Source: Escherichia phage vB_EcoM_G8. Taken from it: a DNA stretch of 64,000 nucleotides. Shown in pieces: positions 53,001-61,632 of this stretch. Every line of letters begins with the position of its first letter. Position 1 is the stretch's first letter. A program made the position numbers and the translations under genes. The stretch lies in sequence record NC_054915.1; one strand, written 5' to 3'. Below the pieces are notes generated by a model. The model saw only the letters and a list, made by a program, of their open reading frames with translations. It did no database searches and had not been told where the DNA came from.

Positions 53001-53978
53001 GCGGCTAGTGGTGATTGGAATAATTTAAGACCTTTCTCCATTAATATGGCTGATGGTCGCGTTGGTATGAACCATGGTCTAAATATTACCGGCGGTGGCT
53101 TGAATGTTACTGGTGGCTTGAATGTTACTAGTGGTAATACTAGTTTAGGTAATATCTCGTCTCGTGTAGTAGCAGGTTGGCGAGGAGCGTCTGGTTGGGC
53201 TGATAACTCGGATACAATGAAATCTAAAATCACCTTTATGGCAGACCATGGGGATTTATCTAATTCAGGCAGTTATTATCCTATTGTAGGTGCATACAGT
53301 AACTACGGCTCGGCGGGTTATCGTCAAACCTTTGAGTTCGGATGGGTCGGTTCCGGCACTACAGCGGGTTGGCGCGATGGTATTATTCGTATTCGCGGAG
53401 ATAATGCTAATGGCCAGCAAGCAAGATGGCGCTTTACAATGGACGGTACTTTAGATTGCCCTGGTAAAGTACTGCTACCACAAACAGGTGCCTTTGGTGT
53501 CAATACATCAAATGGTCTCGGTGGAAATAGTATAACATTTGGTGATAGCGATACCGGTATTAAGCAAAATGGCGATGGATTATTAGACATATATGCGAAC
53601 AATGTGCAAGTGTTCCGTTTCCAAAATGGTGATTTGTACTCATATAAAAATATAAATGCTCCAAACGTTTATATTCGTTCTGATATTCGTTTAAAATCCA
53701 ACTTTAAGCCTATCGAAAATGCACTTGATAAAGTTGAAAAACTTAACGGTGTCATTTACGATAAAGCTGAATACATCGGTGGAGAGGCAATTGAAACTGA
53801 AGCGGGTATTGTGGCCCAAACGTTACAAGACGTTTTACCAGAAGCTGTCCGTGAAACAGAAGACAGCAAGGGTAATAAAATACTCACTGTTTCTTCTCAA
53901 GCCCAGATTGCTCTTCTGGTTGAAGCTGTGAAAACACTTTCTGCTCGTGTAAAAGAACTTGAATCTAAACTTATGTAA
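50088..53978 (+). CDS. 37: Long tail fibre distal subunit gp37, T2-type with C-terminal intramolecular-chaperone-like domain
   Basis: 1296-aa ORF; N-terminus as T4 gp37; C-terminal DIRLKSNFKPIENALDKVEKLNGVIYDKAEY...KELESKLM resembles the S74-type self-cleaving chaperone domain. Confidence 0.9.
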   Translation: MATLKQIQFKRSKIAGARPADSVLAEGELAINLKDRTLFTKDDSGNIIDLSISAGGNISGNITQTGNYLQNGTYNLNGNQFVYAGRYIEFLPKTAGNGAWANQHLNKAPIFTDLSSATSVSEYHPLIKQRYKDGTFSLGTLVSEGSLKFHYINEAGESKYWTFARSGNFQVDSGNLLVSGGYLVAHSNIETRTGSLIGPSVITKNISFDTKAFGQYDSQSLVQYVYPGTGEENGINYLRKVRAKSGGTIYHEIASAQTGKNDEISWWTGNIPTTKLMGLRNDGAMVLRRSLAIGTITTDENTNNYGSPTPMGERYIALGDAATGLKYIKQGVYDLVGNWNSVASITPDSFRSTRKALFGRSEDQGGTWTMPGTNAALLSVQTQADVNNAGDGQTHIGYNSGGKFSHYFRGKGQTNINTQEGMEVNPGILKLVTGSNNVQFYANGTVSSIQRIKFDNGLVLTGARPDGIQLDAPTTTDGTKTILWAGGTRPGQNKSYVSIKAWGNAFNASGDRSRETVFEVGDGQGYHFYSQRVAPAPGSTVGPIQLRVNGGLLTSGSIVASGSITTESSLSVNNGMSVNGQVKIGGTADNFRIWNSRYGAIFRRSETSLYIIPTNENEGENGAISNLRPFSIELGTGSVVMGNHTQAGKNLFTVDNVSKLVQTDVRFRVNMDSDGIVLNASSQAASNFIQGRKADVTKWYLGIGDGGNVVRLHNYTYSHGIALNSDTVDITKPLKINNIRIGTDGNITGGTDNFANLNTTLNNKVNVGGWSGGATTGWYKFATVNIPQSTGTVSFKIYGGSGFNFKRYGQASVAEIILRTGNNPKGLNATLWNRTSEAFSQIATVNTSNDTYDVYVYVGGYSNALVIEYSCTSNSTVTVVGLNGGIQPIVETLPEGHVVGKTVRLLNNIDGMFAAGESDVVTRGEFVTNNQKGLRIKSRGNDIDSNAAIIRNDGGSFYILATDKNTSEKPNAASGDWNNLRPFSINMADGRVGMNHGLNITGGGLNVTGGLNVTSGNTSLGNISSRVVAGWRGASGWADNSDTMKSKITFMADHGDLSNSGSYYPIVGAYSNYGSAGYRQTFEFGWVGSGTTAGWRDGIIRIRGDNANGQQARWRFTMDGTLDCPGKVLLPQTGAFGVNTSNGLGGNSITFGDSDTGIKQNGDGLLDIYANNVQVFRFQNGDLYSYKNINAPNVYIRSDIRLKSNFKPIENALDKVEKLNGVIYDKAEYIGGEAIETEAGIVAQTLQDVLPEAVRETEDSKGNKILTVSSQAQIALLVEAVKTLSARVKELESKLM

Positions 53979-54003
53979 AAGAGGGCTTCGGCCCTCTAAG
54001 GAT
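53979..54003 (+). other. GC-rich hairpin AGAGGGC-TTCG-GCCCTCT between genes 37 and 38 (no U-run)
   Basis: Perfect 7-bp stem with UUCG loop. Confidence 0.4.
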
Positions 54004-54008
54004 TTTTA

Positions 54009-54815
54009 ATGGCAATTGTAGGTGTTCCTGGCTGGATTGGTGAATCTGCCGTGAATGAAACTGGACAACGTTGGATGGATGCTGCGATGAGAGCTGTTCG
54101 TGTTTCAGTTCCCGGTTGGATGAGTTCAATGGCAGGAAAGTCAGTTGAAAAAGCTTATTCAATTGGCTCAAATCATTCATATAATAAAGATACTTTAATT
54201 AATTGGCTTAAATCAATTGGAACAGCTCCTGCTGTTGTAACAATAACAGGAGATATTGTTTCTAGTTCTTCAACTATTCCGTGCTTAGATTTTCCTAGTT
54301 CATTAACCAATGAATATGTGACATTGATTATTAACTCTGGCGTTACTGTTTACGGCCGAGGAGGTAATGGGTCTGGATCTAGTGGAGGTTCTGGAGGCGC
54401 TTTAGTTCAAGCAACTGCTGGTGGTACGGCGATTAATAATGGTATTGGTGCACGCTTACGTATTACGAATAATGGTGCAATTGCTGGCGGCGGCGGCGGC
54501 GGCGGCGGTTGGTCCGCAGATTATAACTTCACATTACGTAATGTTGCTGGCGGCGGCGGCGGACGTCCTTTCGGTACTGGTGGTCGAGGTGGTCGAGGTA
54601 ATGGTGGTAATGCATCGTTAACCGCCGCAGGTGGTAAAGTAACCGTTGATGGTAATAACATGAGTGGTGCTGGTGGTAACGTTGGTGCGGCTGGTGGTGC
54701 TGCCGTTCGTACATCAAACTATAATACCAGTGGTGCTGGTGCTGCTGGTAAAGCTGTTACTGGTAATGCTCCAACTTGGACTAAAGTTGGTACAATATAC
54801 GGTTCAAGAGTATAA
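54009..54815 (+). CDS. 38: Receptor-recognising adhesin gp38 (T2-type, glycine-rich motifs)
   Basis: 268-aa ORF; N-terminus MAIVGVPGWIGESAVNETGQRWM; poly-Gly stretches GGGGGGGW and GGGGGRPFG. Confidence 0.88.
   Translation: MAIVGVPGWIGESAVNETGQRWMDAAMRAVRVSVPGWMSSMAGKSVEKAYSIGSNHSYNKDTLINWLKSIGTAPAVVTITGDIVSSSSTIPCLDFPSSLTNEYVTLIINSGVTVYGRGGNGSGSSGGSGGALVQATAGGTAINNGIGARLRITNNGAIAGGGGGGGGWSADYNFTLRNVAGGGGGRPFGTGGRGGRGNGGNASLTAAGGKVTVDGNNMSGAGGNVGAAGGAAVRTSNYNTSGAGAAGKAVTGNAPTWTKVGTIYGSRV
54486..54506 (+). repeat. (GGC)7 trinucleotide repeat encoding poly-Gly in gp38
   Basis: Read directly. Confidence 0.9.
54549..54560 (+). repeat. (GGC)4 trinucleotide repeat encoding poly-Gly in gp38
   Basis: Read directly. 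Confidence 0.85.
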
Positions 54816-54845
54816 TTTGAATAAATATCCTTAAAAGGAGGGTCT

Positions 54846-55502
54846 ATGGCAGCACCTAGAATATCATTTTCGCCCTCTGATATTCTGTTTGGTGTTCTAG
54901 ATCGCTTGTTCAAAGATAACGCTACCGGGAAAGTTCTTGCTTCCCGGGTAGCTGTCGTAATTCTTTTGTTTATAATGGCGATTGTTTGGTATAGGGGAGA
55001 TAGTTTCTTTGAGTACTATAAGCAATCAAAGTATGAAACATACAGTGAAATTATTGAAAAGGAAAGAACTGCACGCTTTGAATCTGTCGCCCTGGAACAA
55101 CTCCAGATAGTTCATATATCATCTGAGGCAGACTTTAGTGCGGTGTATTCTTTCCGCCCTAAAAACTTAAACTATTTTGTTGATATTATAGCATACGAAG
55201 GAAAATTACCTTCAACAATAAGTGAAAAATCACTTGGAGGATATCCTGTTGATAAAACTATGGATGAATATACAGTTCATTTAAATGGACGTCACTATTA
55301 TTCCAATTCAAAATTTGCTTTTTTACCAACTAAAAAGCCTACTCCCGAAATAAACTACATGTACAGTTGTCCATATTTTAATTTGGATAATATCTATGCT
55401 GGAACGATAACCATGTACTGGTATAGAAATGATCATATAAGTAATGACCGCCTTGAATCAATATGCGCTCAGGCGGCCAGAATATTAGGAAGGGCTAAAT
55501 AA
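54846..55502 (+). CDS. t: Holin T
   Basis: 218-aa ORF (same as T4 holin) with single N-terminal transmembrane segment. Confidence 0.92.
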   Translation: MAAPRISFSPSDILFGVLDRLFKDNATGKVLASRVAVVILLFIMAIVWYRGDSFFEYYKQSKYETYSEIIEKERTARFESVALEQLQIVHISSEADFSAVYSFRPKNLNYFVDIIAYEGKLPSTISEKSLGGYPVDKTMDEYTVHLNGRHYYSNSKFAFLPTKKPTPEINYMYSCPYFNLDNIYAGTITMYWYRNDHISNDRLESICAQAARILGRAK

Positions 55503-55775
55503 TTATTTGTTCGTATACATCTCTAGATATCGATATACACCCTCAAAACCCTCGTTGAATTCGTCGATGAGGGTTTTCTTATCTTCTTGAGTTAATTCAG
55601 AAACAATTTTACGGAATGAATTCTGATTTAATTTTCTACCTTCATGCGTTACTCCAATCTCATTCAGAAATGCAATAAAATTAGCACGATTCTCAACAAT
55701 ATCTTCTCTGGAAAATTTAATCAAAATAGACGCAACAGTAATAATTTCACGAACTGTATCAATGTTTTTATTCAT
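55503..55775 (-). CDS. asiA: Anti-sigma70 factor AsiA
   Basis: 90-aa ORF MNKNIDTVREIITVASILIKFSRED... Confidence 0.92.
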   Translation of the reverse strand: MNKNIDTVREIITVASILIKFSREDIVENRANFIAFLNEIGVTHEGRKLNQNSFRKIVSELTQEDKKTLIDEFNEGFEGVYRYLEMYTNK

Positions 55776-55785
55776 TAACTATACC

Positions 55786-55939
55786 ACTCAATTAGTTGAC
55801 TTTGTTATAATATCATCAGACGCTTGATTTGTAAACTGGTCTGTGTTATTTTCTTCAAAAATTTTTTCTACGAATTCCTTGAACGACTTACGTTCCTGAG
55901 CTACATTATGCTCGATTACTTTTTCAAGATTATGACTCA
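55786..55939 (-). CDS. Small hypothetical protein (about 50 aa) between arn and asiA
   Basis: Manual translation MSHNLEKVIEHNVAQERKSFKEFVEKIFEENNTDQFTNQASDDIITKSTN; ATG overlaps the arn stop; coordinates +/-2. Confidence 0.4.
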
Positions 55940-56215
55940 TTCGAAATAATCTTCAATTTCATAATCATGGACGTAAATCATTATAGTTTTTAATACATCA
56001 TCAATACTTTTTCCTGGAGCTGGAATTACGTAGAAATATCCTGCTTTTGAGAGGTCTTTATAAGTTCCAATCAAGAAATCATTATTCTCAAGATGTAGTT
56101 CTTCAACTAATTCATTAACAATTGAATGGTATAGGTTTGGTAGAAACTTATATAGCTTTTCTAGAATATCAATTTTGATTGTGTATTGAACCACAGACTG
56201 AGAATCAATAATCAT
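55937..56215 (-). CDS. arn: Anti-restriction nuclease Arn (McrBC inhibitor)
   Basis: 92-aa acidic ORF at the T4 arn position. Confidence 0.85.
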   Translation of the reverse strand: MIIDSQSVVQYTIKIDILEKLYKFLPNLYHSIVNELVEELHLENNDFLIGTYKDLSKAGYFYVIPAPGKSIDDVLKTIMIYVHDYEIEDYFE

Positions 56216-56298
56216 AGACCTTCCCCTTATGTTTCTGTTTGCGATTAGATTCTTTAAACGCTTTCTTCTTATCCTTATGAACAGAAGCTTTATTGAAA

Positions 56299-56517
56299 TT
56301 ATGTTTTGCGACTAAATTGTTCATAGTGCTGAATTACCTCTCTCAAACATTTGCATGTGAATGAAAACTTTTTAGCTACACCACATTCAAATATATGTTC
56401 TCTTAAATCGCGTGTATCGGTATATCCCATCTCAACAATAAAATGCCGTATTAGATTTTTATCTTTATCATTGAGAGAATTAAAATAATCAGATTTTGAA
56501 TTAATTTCCCTGGCCAA
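56299..56517 (-). CDS. Small hypothetical protein
   Basis: 72-aa ORF. Confidence 0.5.
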   Translation of the reverse strand: MAREINSKSDYFNSLNDKDKNLIRHFIVEMGYTDTRDLREHIFECGVAKKFSFTCKCLREVIQHYEQFSRKT

Positions 56518-56797
56518 ATTGAATCACCTTCAGTTGACGTTTTAATTCTTTTATCATTTCTTCGTTCATCGCAATATAAAGATCGCGTAAAGCAGGTTTT
56601 AGCATTCCATTTACTGGAGAACTAAATGGACATACATAATCTTTTCCTACAAGCTTTTTGGCAAATTCCATATCACAAAATTTAAATGCCGGCTCATTCG
56701 CATAAATTCCCCAATTAGTTGACATCATTTTATTGGCATATTCCAGTGCCTGGATTTGATTCATAATTCCATCGATTTGAAACTTTTTAATATTCAT
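56501..56797 (-). CDS. Conserved hypothetical protein
   Basis: 98-aa ORF. Confidence 0.5.
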   Translation of the reverse strand: MNIKKFQIDGIMNQIQALEYANKMMSTNWGIYANEPAFKFCDMEFAKKLVGKDYVCPFSSPVNGMLKPALRDLYIAMNEEMIKELKRQLKVIQFGQGN

Positions 56798-57258
56798 TAG
56801 TAAAGGTCCTCAGAGTAAAGTTCTTTTTCACTACCACCACGTTCAATACGTACTTGTCCAGCGTAAGTTGCAATAATCATTGCTTCTTCACGTGTCCAAT
56901 AATTACTGTATTGGTCAATAAACCCTTGGTCATCATCACAAACTTGTTGAGTAACTAATTGAGGTTTAACTACATCTAAAACTTCGGCCATATCTTTAGA
57001 ATAATGACGAGCACCTGGAATAATAAGAGTTCGTCCATCTTTTAATTTAAAACGGTTGGCTGCACAGACAATTCGTCGTTGATACTTTTGGTTTTCATCC
57101 CAGTACGCAGTCTGCCAACAGATTTCAGGAACTTCTTTCAGAATATCTTCTTCTGTGCATTTATAACCATGCGTTTTAAATTTTTCAACAAGACTTTCTG
57201 GAGTTTCACGAGATAAAGGAACATTCAGCATTTTTAAACGATTGATAAATGGGTTCAT
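56797..57258 (-). CDS. Conserved hypothetical protein
   Basis: 153-aa ORF. Confidence 0.5.
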   Translation of the reverse strand: MNPFINRLKMLNVPLSRETPESLVEKFKTHGYKCTEEDILKEVPEICWQTAYWDENQKYQRRIVCAANRFKLKDGRTLIIPGARHYSKDMAEVLDVVKPQLVTQQVCDDDQGFIDQYSNYWTREEAMIIATYAGQVRIERGGSEKELYSEDLY

Positions 57259-57584
57259 TTAAACCATCCTTTAATACGTTGCCACAAAGTTTTCTGCTGA
57301 GCTCTGTTAACACCAATTGAACGAATAACCGGTTGAGATTCCTGGAATTCTTTATAATCAGCAAGGTAAATTTCGTAAGCTGCATCCGTAAATGAACTTA
57401 TCGCTGCCATAAAATTATTACGAATACCTACTGGAGCATCTTTACTTTCACGAATAATCATGTATTTACCAGTCTTAATCTTTACGATAGTTCCAAGATA
57501 AGCTCCATGATACCAGATGTCCCAACCCTCTTGTGTAGGTTCTGCACAACGACGAAGTTCATTAACAATTTCTAACTTGTTCAT
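57255..57584 (-). CDS. Conserved hypothetical protein (motA.1 position)
   Basis: 109-aa ORF. Confidence 0.5.
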   Translation of the reverse strand: MNKLEIVNELRRCAEPTQEGWDIWYHGAYLGTIVKIKTGKYMIIRESKDAPVGIRNNFMAAISSFTDAAYEIYLADYKEFQESQPVIRSIGVNRAQQKTLWQRIKGWFK

Positions 57585-57594
57585 TATTTATTCC

Positions 57595-58230
57595 TCACAG
57601 TTCAGATGCTACAGTGATTACTGCTTCAATGTTTTCTGCTGAGCGTTTAATGTCAAGATACACATTACCGTTTTTAGCGATTTTACATGACATTCCGATA
57701 TCAGTAAATTTCTGAATATGATGTTCCATCATTTTGTATCCAAAAATTCGCATATTTCCATTGTTGTTAATTTCAAAATTGCGAATTCCATGTGTACGTT
57801 TTTCTAAAATGGCAAGATAATTACTACGATAAGTTTCAACCTTTTTAAGAACAAATCCATTTTCATCTAGCAGTTTTAACATGAGGTCTTTATCTTCTTC
57901 CATATCAGAAGTAATCTCACGAGCTTTACGAGTTGCTCGTTTTTTCAGAAGTTCTGGAGCATTTTCCTGTGCATATAAAGTTGCTGCATTTGAAATAATA
58001 TCTTGTGCTTCACCCGTGATGATTAATCCATCACCTGATTTCTCTACCAGGCCTTTTTTAATTAATACCCCAATATTACTATTAACTACTGCGTTACCTA
58101 AATCTGGATGCACCTCACGAACTTCTGCAGCTGTAATGAAATCTTTCTTAGCAATGGTAATTAAAATCGCAGCGGTTTTTTCATTCAGAACATCGTTAGA
58201 AGCTTTGATGATGTAAGTTACTTTAGACAT
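57595..58230 (-). CDS. motA: Middle-transcription activator MotA
   Basis: 211-aa ORF, same size and position as T4 MotA. Confidence 0.9.
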   Translation of the reverse strand: MSKVTYIIKASNDVLNEKTAAILITIAKKDFITAAEVREVHPDLGNAVVNSNIGVLIKKGLVEKSGDGLIITGEAQDIISNAATLYAQENAPELLKKRATRKAREITSDMEEDKDLMLKLLDENGFVLKKVETYRSNYLAILEKRTHGIRNFEINNNGNMRIFGYKMMEHHIQKFTDIGMSCKIAKNGNVYLDIKRSAENIEAVITVASEL

Positions 58231-58261
58231 TTTCTAATCTCCGTAATTCTGTATCAGTAGT

Positions 58262-58310
58262 TGATAGTTGTATAGTACCACAGTATGCTTTGGTTGTAAA
58301 CCGTTTTGTG
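58262..58310 (-). promoter_or_regulatory. T4 early-type promoter cassette upstream of motA
   Basis: Minus strand CGGTTTACAACCAAAGCATACTGTGGTACTATACAACTATCAA; similar to cassettes at 40385, 61395, 61905. Confidence 0.5.
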
Positions 58311-58331
58311 AAAAAATTTTTGAAATAAAAA

Positions 58332-58350
58332 AGGGAGAGCCTCGGCTCTC
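58332..58350 (-). terminator. Hairpin GGGAGAGCC-TCG-GCTCTCCC flanked by T/A runs
   Basis: Read directly. Confidence 0.5.
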
Positions 58351-58353
58351 CCT

Positions 58354-58506
58354 AAAATTACTGCATGACTGTGATAACTGTCATGATAACACGTTGAATG
58401 CCGAACGCAAGAAGACCTCCTGCTACGGCTGGAACAACACCTAAACCCGCCAGTAAAATGCTACCGGATACTAATGCAGCGCTTGTAATACCTATGAATG
58501 GACTCA
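58354..58506 (-). CDS. Small hydrophobic membrane peptide (about 49 aa)
   Basis: Manual translation MSPFIGITSAALVSGSILLAGLGVVPAVAGGLLAFGIQRVIMTVITVMQ; coordinates +/-2. Confidence 0.4.
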
Positions 58507-59832
58507 TTTGATTTCCTCTAAATCTTTGGTGTATTCTGTAACTACATCAGTAGTTTTCCAATATTCGTTTTCTTCTTTTTTAGCTTTAGCTTCTTCAGCA
58601 AGTTTCTTTGCTTCATCAGAAGTCATATGAAAAATATTCATACCAACTAGTTTATCAACATAAGAAGAATACATCTCAATTTTAGAAAGTTCTTCGGTCA
58701 GTTCTTTACGAGTTTTACCCTGTACAACAATTTCACCTGAAATTACTTTCTTAATGAAATGTGCCTTGGCAAAGGCTAAACGAAAAGCTGACTCAGTTTC
58801 TTTAATTTTGTTATCAATTCGTTTTTGGACATAAGTTTTACGAACTTCAACAAAGTCTTTAATTAAATCAACTACGTTATCGTAAACTTGTAGTTTTCCT
58901 TTCTCATTAATAACCGTAATATTCTGAGAACGACGCTCAATCAACCCGAAGTCTTTCATAATTTTTGCATGGCGTTCTTCTTCATTATCGCTCAAAGAAT
59001 ATTCTTTACGGAATTTAACTTTAAAGCCAAAACCATGCTCACCACAAGCATCATCCCATGTAATGAAGCCTTTATCTTCAAGTGGGTCTAAGATTTTACT
59101 CACATAAGTTTCACGATCATACTTATACGGAATCTCAGTGATATGCATTTGAGTTCGTGAAGTAAACTTATATGTTCCACGAATTTCATATTGCCCATCA
59201 ATTTCAACGACTTCACCACGAAATTCTGGGAATTCTACCTTCGGTTTAGTTACTTTCTTTCCTTGAATAGCTTGCAGTACAGCTTTCTTGACAGAAGAAA
59301 CACTATGAGGAAGAATGTAAGTTGCATAACCAGTTGCAATACCGGAAACGCCATTAAGAAGAACAGTAGGAATAATAGGCAAATAGAAAGCAGGCGGAAT
59401 GTGTTCTTTATCTTGATGTACCGGAGCATATTCAGTATCTTTATATACATTATAGAAATTTTTACTTACACGAGCAAAAATATAACGACTTGCCGCTGCT
59501 TTTTGAACGGTACGAGAACCAAAGTTTCCTTGACCATCTAATAGAGGAAAGTTATTATTCCAAGTATTAGCCATCAAAGCACCTGCGTCTTGCGCAGAGT
59601 TTTCACCATGATGATATCCAAGGTCTGCTACACCACCTGCAATAGAAGCGAGTTTGTGAAACTTATCTTTATTTCCTCGTGCCAAATCAAGAGCTCGAGC
59701 AATAACAAATCGTTGAACTGGCTTAAATCCATCAATCATATTTGGAATGGCACGATTTTCAACCGTGTACATAGCATAAGCCAATGCTTCATTATCAATG
59801 ATACTTTTTAAATCGCGATTATTCAGTTGCAT
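58504..59832 (-). CDS. 52: DNA topoisomerase II medium subunit gp52
   Basis: 442-aa ORF, same size and position as T4 gp52. Confidence 0.92.
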   Translation of the reverse strand: MQLNNRDLKSIIDNEALAYAMYTVENRAIPNMIDGFKPVQRFVIARALDLARGNKDKFHKLASIAGGVADLGYHHGENSAQDAGALMANTWNNNFPLLDGQGNFGSRTVQKAAASRYIFARVSKNFYNVYKDTEYAPVHQDKEHIPPAFYLPIIPTVLLNGVSGIATGYATYILPHSVSSVKKAVLQAIQGKKVTKPKVEFPEFRGEVVEIDGQYEIRGTYKFTSRTQMHITEIPYKYDRETYVSKILDPLEDKGFITWDDACGEHGFGFKVKFRKEYSLSDNEEERHAKIMKDFGLIERRSQNITVINEKGKLQVYDNVVDLIKDFVEVRKTYVQKRIDNKIKETESAFRLAFAKAHFIKKVISGEIVVQGKTRKELTEELSKIEMYSSYVDKLVGMNIFHMTSDEAKKLAEEAKAKKEENEYWKTTDVVTEYTKDLEEIK

Positions 59833-59836
59833 AAAT

Positions 59837-59977
59837 TTACCATACTAGTGAATGTAGTGCCATAATAACATCAGAAATGAAAAGCACGACTTGAATTAAT
59901 CCGAACATTATTCCGTAATATAACGCTACCAATAAAGTAGCAAGGGCTAGTGAATAGCCCAAGATTTTCTTAATCAT
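59837..59977 (-). CDS. Small hydrophobic membrane peptide (46 aa)
   Basis: Manual translation MIKKILGYSLALATLLVALYYGIMFGLIQVVLFISDVIMALHSLVW; start overlaps upstream stop; coordinates +/-2. Confidence 0.45.
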   Translation of the reverse strand: MIKKILGYSLALATLLVALYYGIMFGLIQVVLFISDVIMALHSLVW

Positions 59978-60128
59978 TAGTAGATAACAACACAAATGTT
60001 AAATATGCACACATACCCTGGGCTAAAGCTTGTGAAAACACACTGCTGGCATCAATACAGATAGTTAAAACACATGCTACTATCCAACAAATAAATGAAA
60101 TAACTCCTAATAATTTTGCGATATTCAT
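59970..60128 (-). CDS. ac: Small membrane protein, likely Ac (acriflavine sensitivity)
   Basis: About 52-aa hydrophobic ORF MNIAKLLGVISFICWIVACVLTICIDASSVFSQALAQGMCAYLTFVLLSTND with RBS GAGGAAAA; coordinates +/-2. Confidence 0.5.
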   Translation of the reverse strand: MNIAKLLGVISFICWIVACVLTICIDASSVFSQALAQGMCAYLTFVLLSTND

Positions 60129-60135
60129 ATTTTCC

Positions 60136-60216
60136 TCACTGGCGTCCGAAGACGCCTTTGGTTTTAAGATTGTTACGATAGAACTGCATCACGTGTTCGT
60201 TGTGGAAATTACTCAT
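60136..60216 (-). CDS. stp: Stp peptide (26 aa), activator of the host PrrC anticodon nuclease pathway
   Basis: Manual translation [26 protein letters not shown], matching the T4 Stp peptide as I remember it; ATG overlaps the ndd stop; coordinates +/-2. Confidence 0.75.
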
Positions 60217-60674
60217 TAATATGCCTGCAAAACAAATTTAAAGTTATCAGCCAACATACGGTTCATTTCTTCAAGTGTTTGATACTCAGAATGATGATTA
60301 CGAGTAAACGCTAAAGCTAACTGTCCTTTTCCAAATCCCGTCGTCAGAGGTTTCATCTTAGAAGCAGGCAGATAAAATACTGTGTATGGAACATTGTTAT
60401 TTGCAATAGTACGTGCAAGTTGAGACCGACGCTGGCGAATATGACTTAGAACCGCACTGAATCCTTGCTTAGAACGCTGATTACCTACATAAAATCGTGC
60501 AGACACACATGGATTACTAAATGGACGACCATCTAATTTACTTACTAAAAAGTAAAATCCAGGTTTAGATAAAATATCTTTATGCGGAGTTCCTAAAAAC
60601 CATTCACCACCCTTGATTGTACCAATAACAGTTGCGCCTGCATTATTCAGATCAGTAACAGTCATGTATTTCAT
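60216..60674 (-). CDS. ndd: Nucleoid disruption protein Ndd (152 aa from MKYMTVTD)
   Basis: Track ORF 168 aa; an internal start gives about the T4 Ndd size (151 aa). Confidence 0.8.
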
Positions 60675-60734
60675 ATTAATTTCCTCTAAATTATTTTCTA
60701 CTCCAAGGCCGCATAAATACACACGGCCATTAAA

Positions 60735-60950
60735 TTAATCGTCGCAGTCGACGCTCAATTCCCAAAACTCTTCTACAGTATAAGTTTCAGTATCATTTTC
60801 AATACAGAAACGTTCATTACTGTTATTTGCTAAAGTAGCGTTAACTGTCATTTTCTCGCTGGTGCTCTTAAGAGGTGAAATACGAATTAACTGATCACCG
60901 TTATCTAAACAGAAAATTTCACCAACTTTTACATCTTTAAAGATTTTCAT
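60735..60950 (-). CDS. Conserved hypothetical protein (ndd.1 position)
   Basis: 71-aa ORF. Confidence 0.5.
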   Translation of the reverse strand: MKIFKDVKVGEIFCLDNGDQLIRISPLKSTSEKMTVNATLANNSNERFCIENDTETYTVEEFWELSVDCDD

Positions 60951-61065
60951 AATTCACCTCAAGGAGTATAAAATCCAAATGCAGTTGTTGACCATCCCAT
61001 CCAATACGGAAAATTTGCACCAATGTAAAACATAAGAATATAAAACCAAATGTTTAGTAAATTCA

Positions 61066-61284
61066 TTATTTTACACCATTCCAAATTGTTTCAACCACAG
61101 ATTTTAAACCATTTTGATGAATATCAATTCCGACTACTGTCATCAAATAGATTCCAACTACAACTGAACCTAAGGCAAAAATCAGCATGAAAATGAATAA
61201 AGCCGGAAAAATATTATCGAAAAACCATTCAATAAATGTAAAAGCACTGCGTTTACGCTTCATATTTTCCTCACATAAATCCAA
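61066..61284 (-). CDS. Small membrane protein
   Basis: 72-aa ORF with two hydrophobic segments. Confidence 0.5.
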   Translation of the reverse strand: MDLCEENMKRKRSAFTFIEWFFDNIFPALFIFMLIFALGSVVVGIYLMTVVGIDIHQNGLKSVVETIWNGVK

Positions 61285-61384
61285 AGTAAACGTTTAATAC
61301 ATCAATCATTAAAACGATTGGGAATATACTCAAAACTATTAGTATTATAACTACATTCCATATAGCTTTAATAATCTTTTTCAT
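61271..61384 (-). CDS. Small membrane peptide (37 aa from MKKIIKAIW)
   Basis: Internal ATG with RBS GGAGGAACAGAA; track start lies inside the promoter cassette. Confidence 0.4.
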   Translation of the reverse strand: MKKIIKAIWNVVIILIVLSIFPIVLMIDVLNVYFGFM

Positions 61385-61632
61385 TTCTGTTCCTCCGTAG
61401 TTGATAGTTGTATAGTACCACAGAGGAACAGTCTTGTAAACAACTTTTTTAAAAATATTCGTAATAAATGTGAATACCAACTACTACCGCTGAAACCTGT
61501 GCAACCCACCACGCACAAGCAATAAGTACAGAATTCAAAATTTTCATAATAACCCCTCATTACAAAAGTAAATGTTAAACAAATTACTGGAATACTAATT
61601 AACCAAACAAAACACCACCACAGTGAACTCAT
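61381..61632 (-). CDS. Small Cys-rich membrane protein
   Basis: 83-aa ORF; start may be internal. Confidence 0.4.
   Translation of the reverse strand: MSSLWWCFVWLISIPVICLTFTFVMRGYYENFEFCTYCLCVVGCTGFSGSSWYSHLLRIFLKKLFTRLFLCGTIQLSTTEEQK
61395..61450 (-). promoter_or_regulatory. T4 early-type promoter cassette
   Basis: Minus strand GTTGTTTACAAGACTGTTCCTCTGTGGTACTATACAACTATCAAC. Confidence 0.5.

Noticed and set aside
54486-54560. Repeated GGC units and the many GGGCTTCGGCCC-type hairpins as a possible CRISPR array
   Set aside because: No regularly spaced identical repeats with unique spacers; the GGC tracts are coding poly-Gly and the hairpins are dispersed terminator-like elements typical of T4-like genomes.
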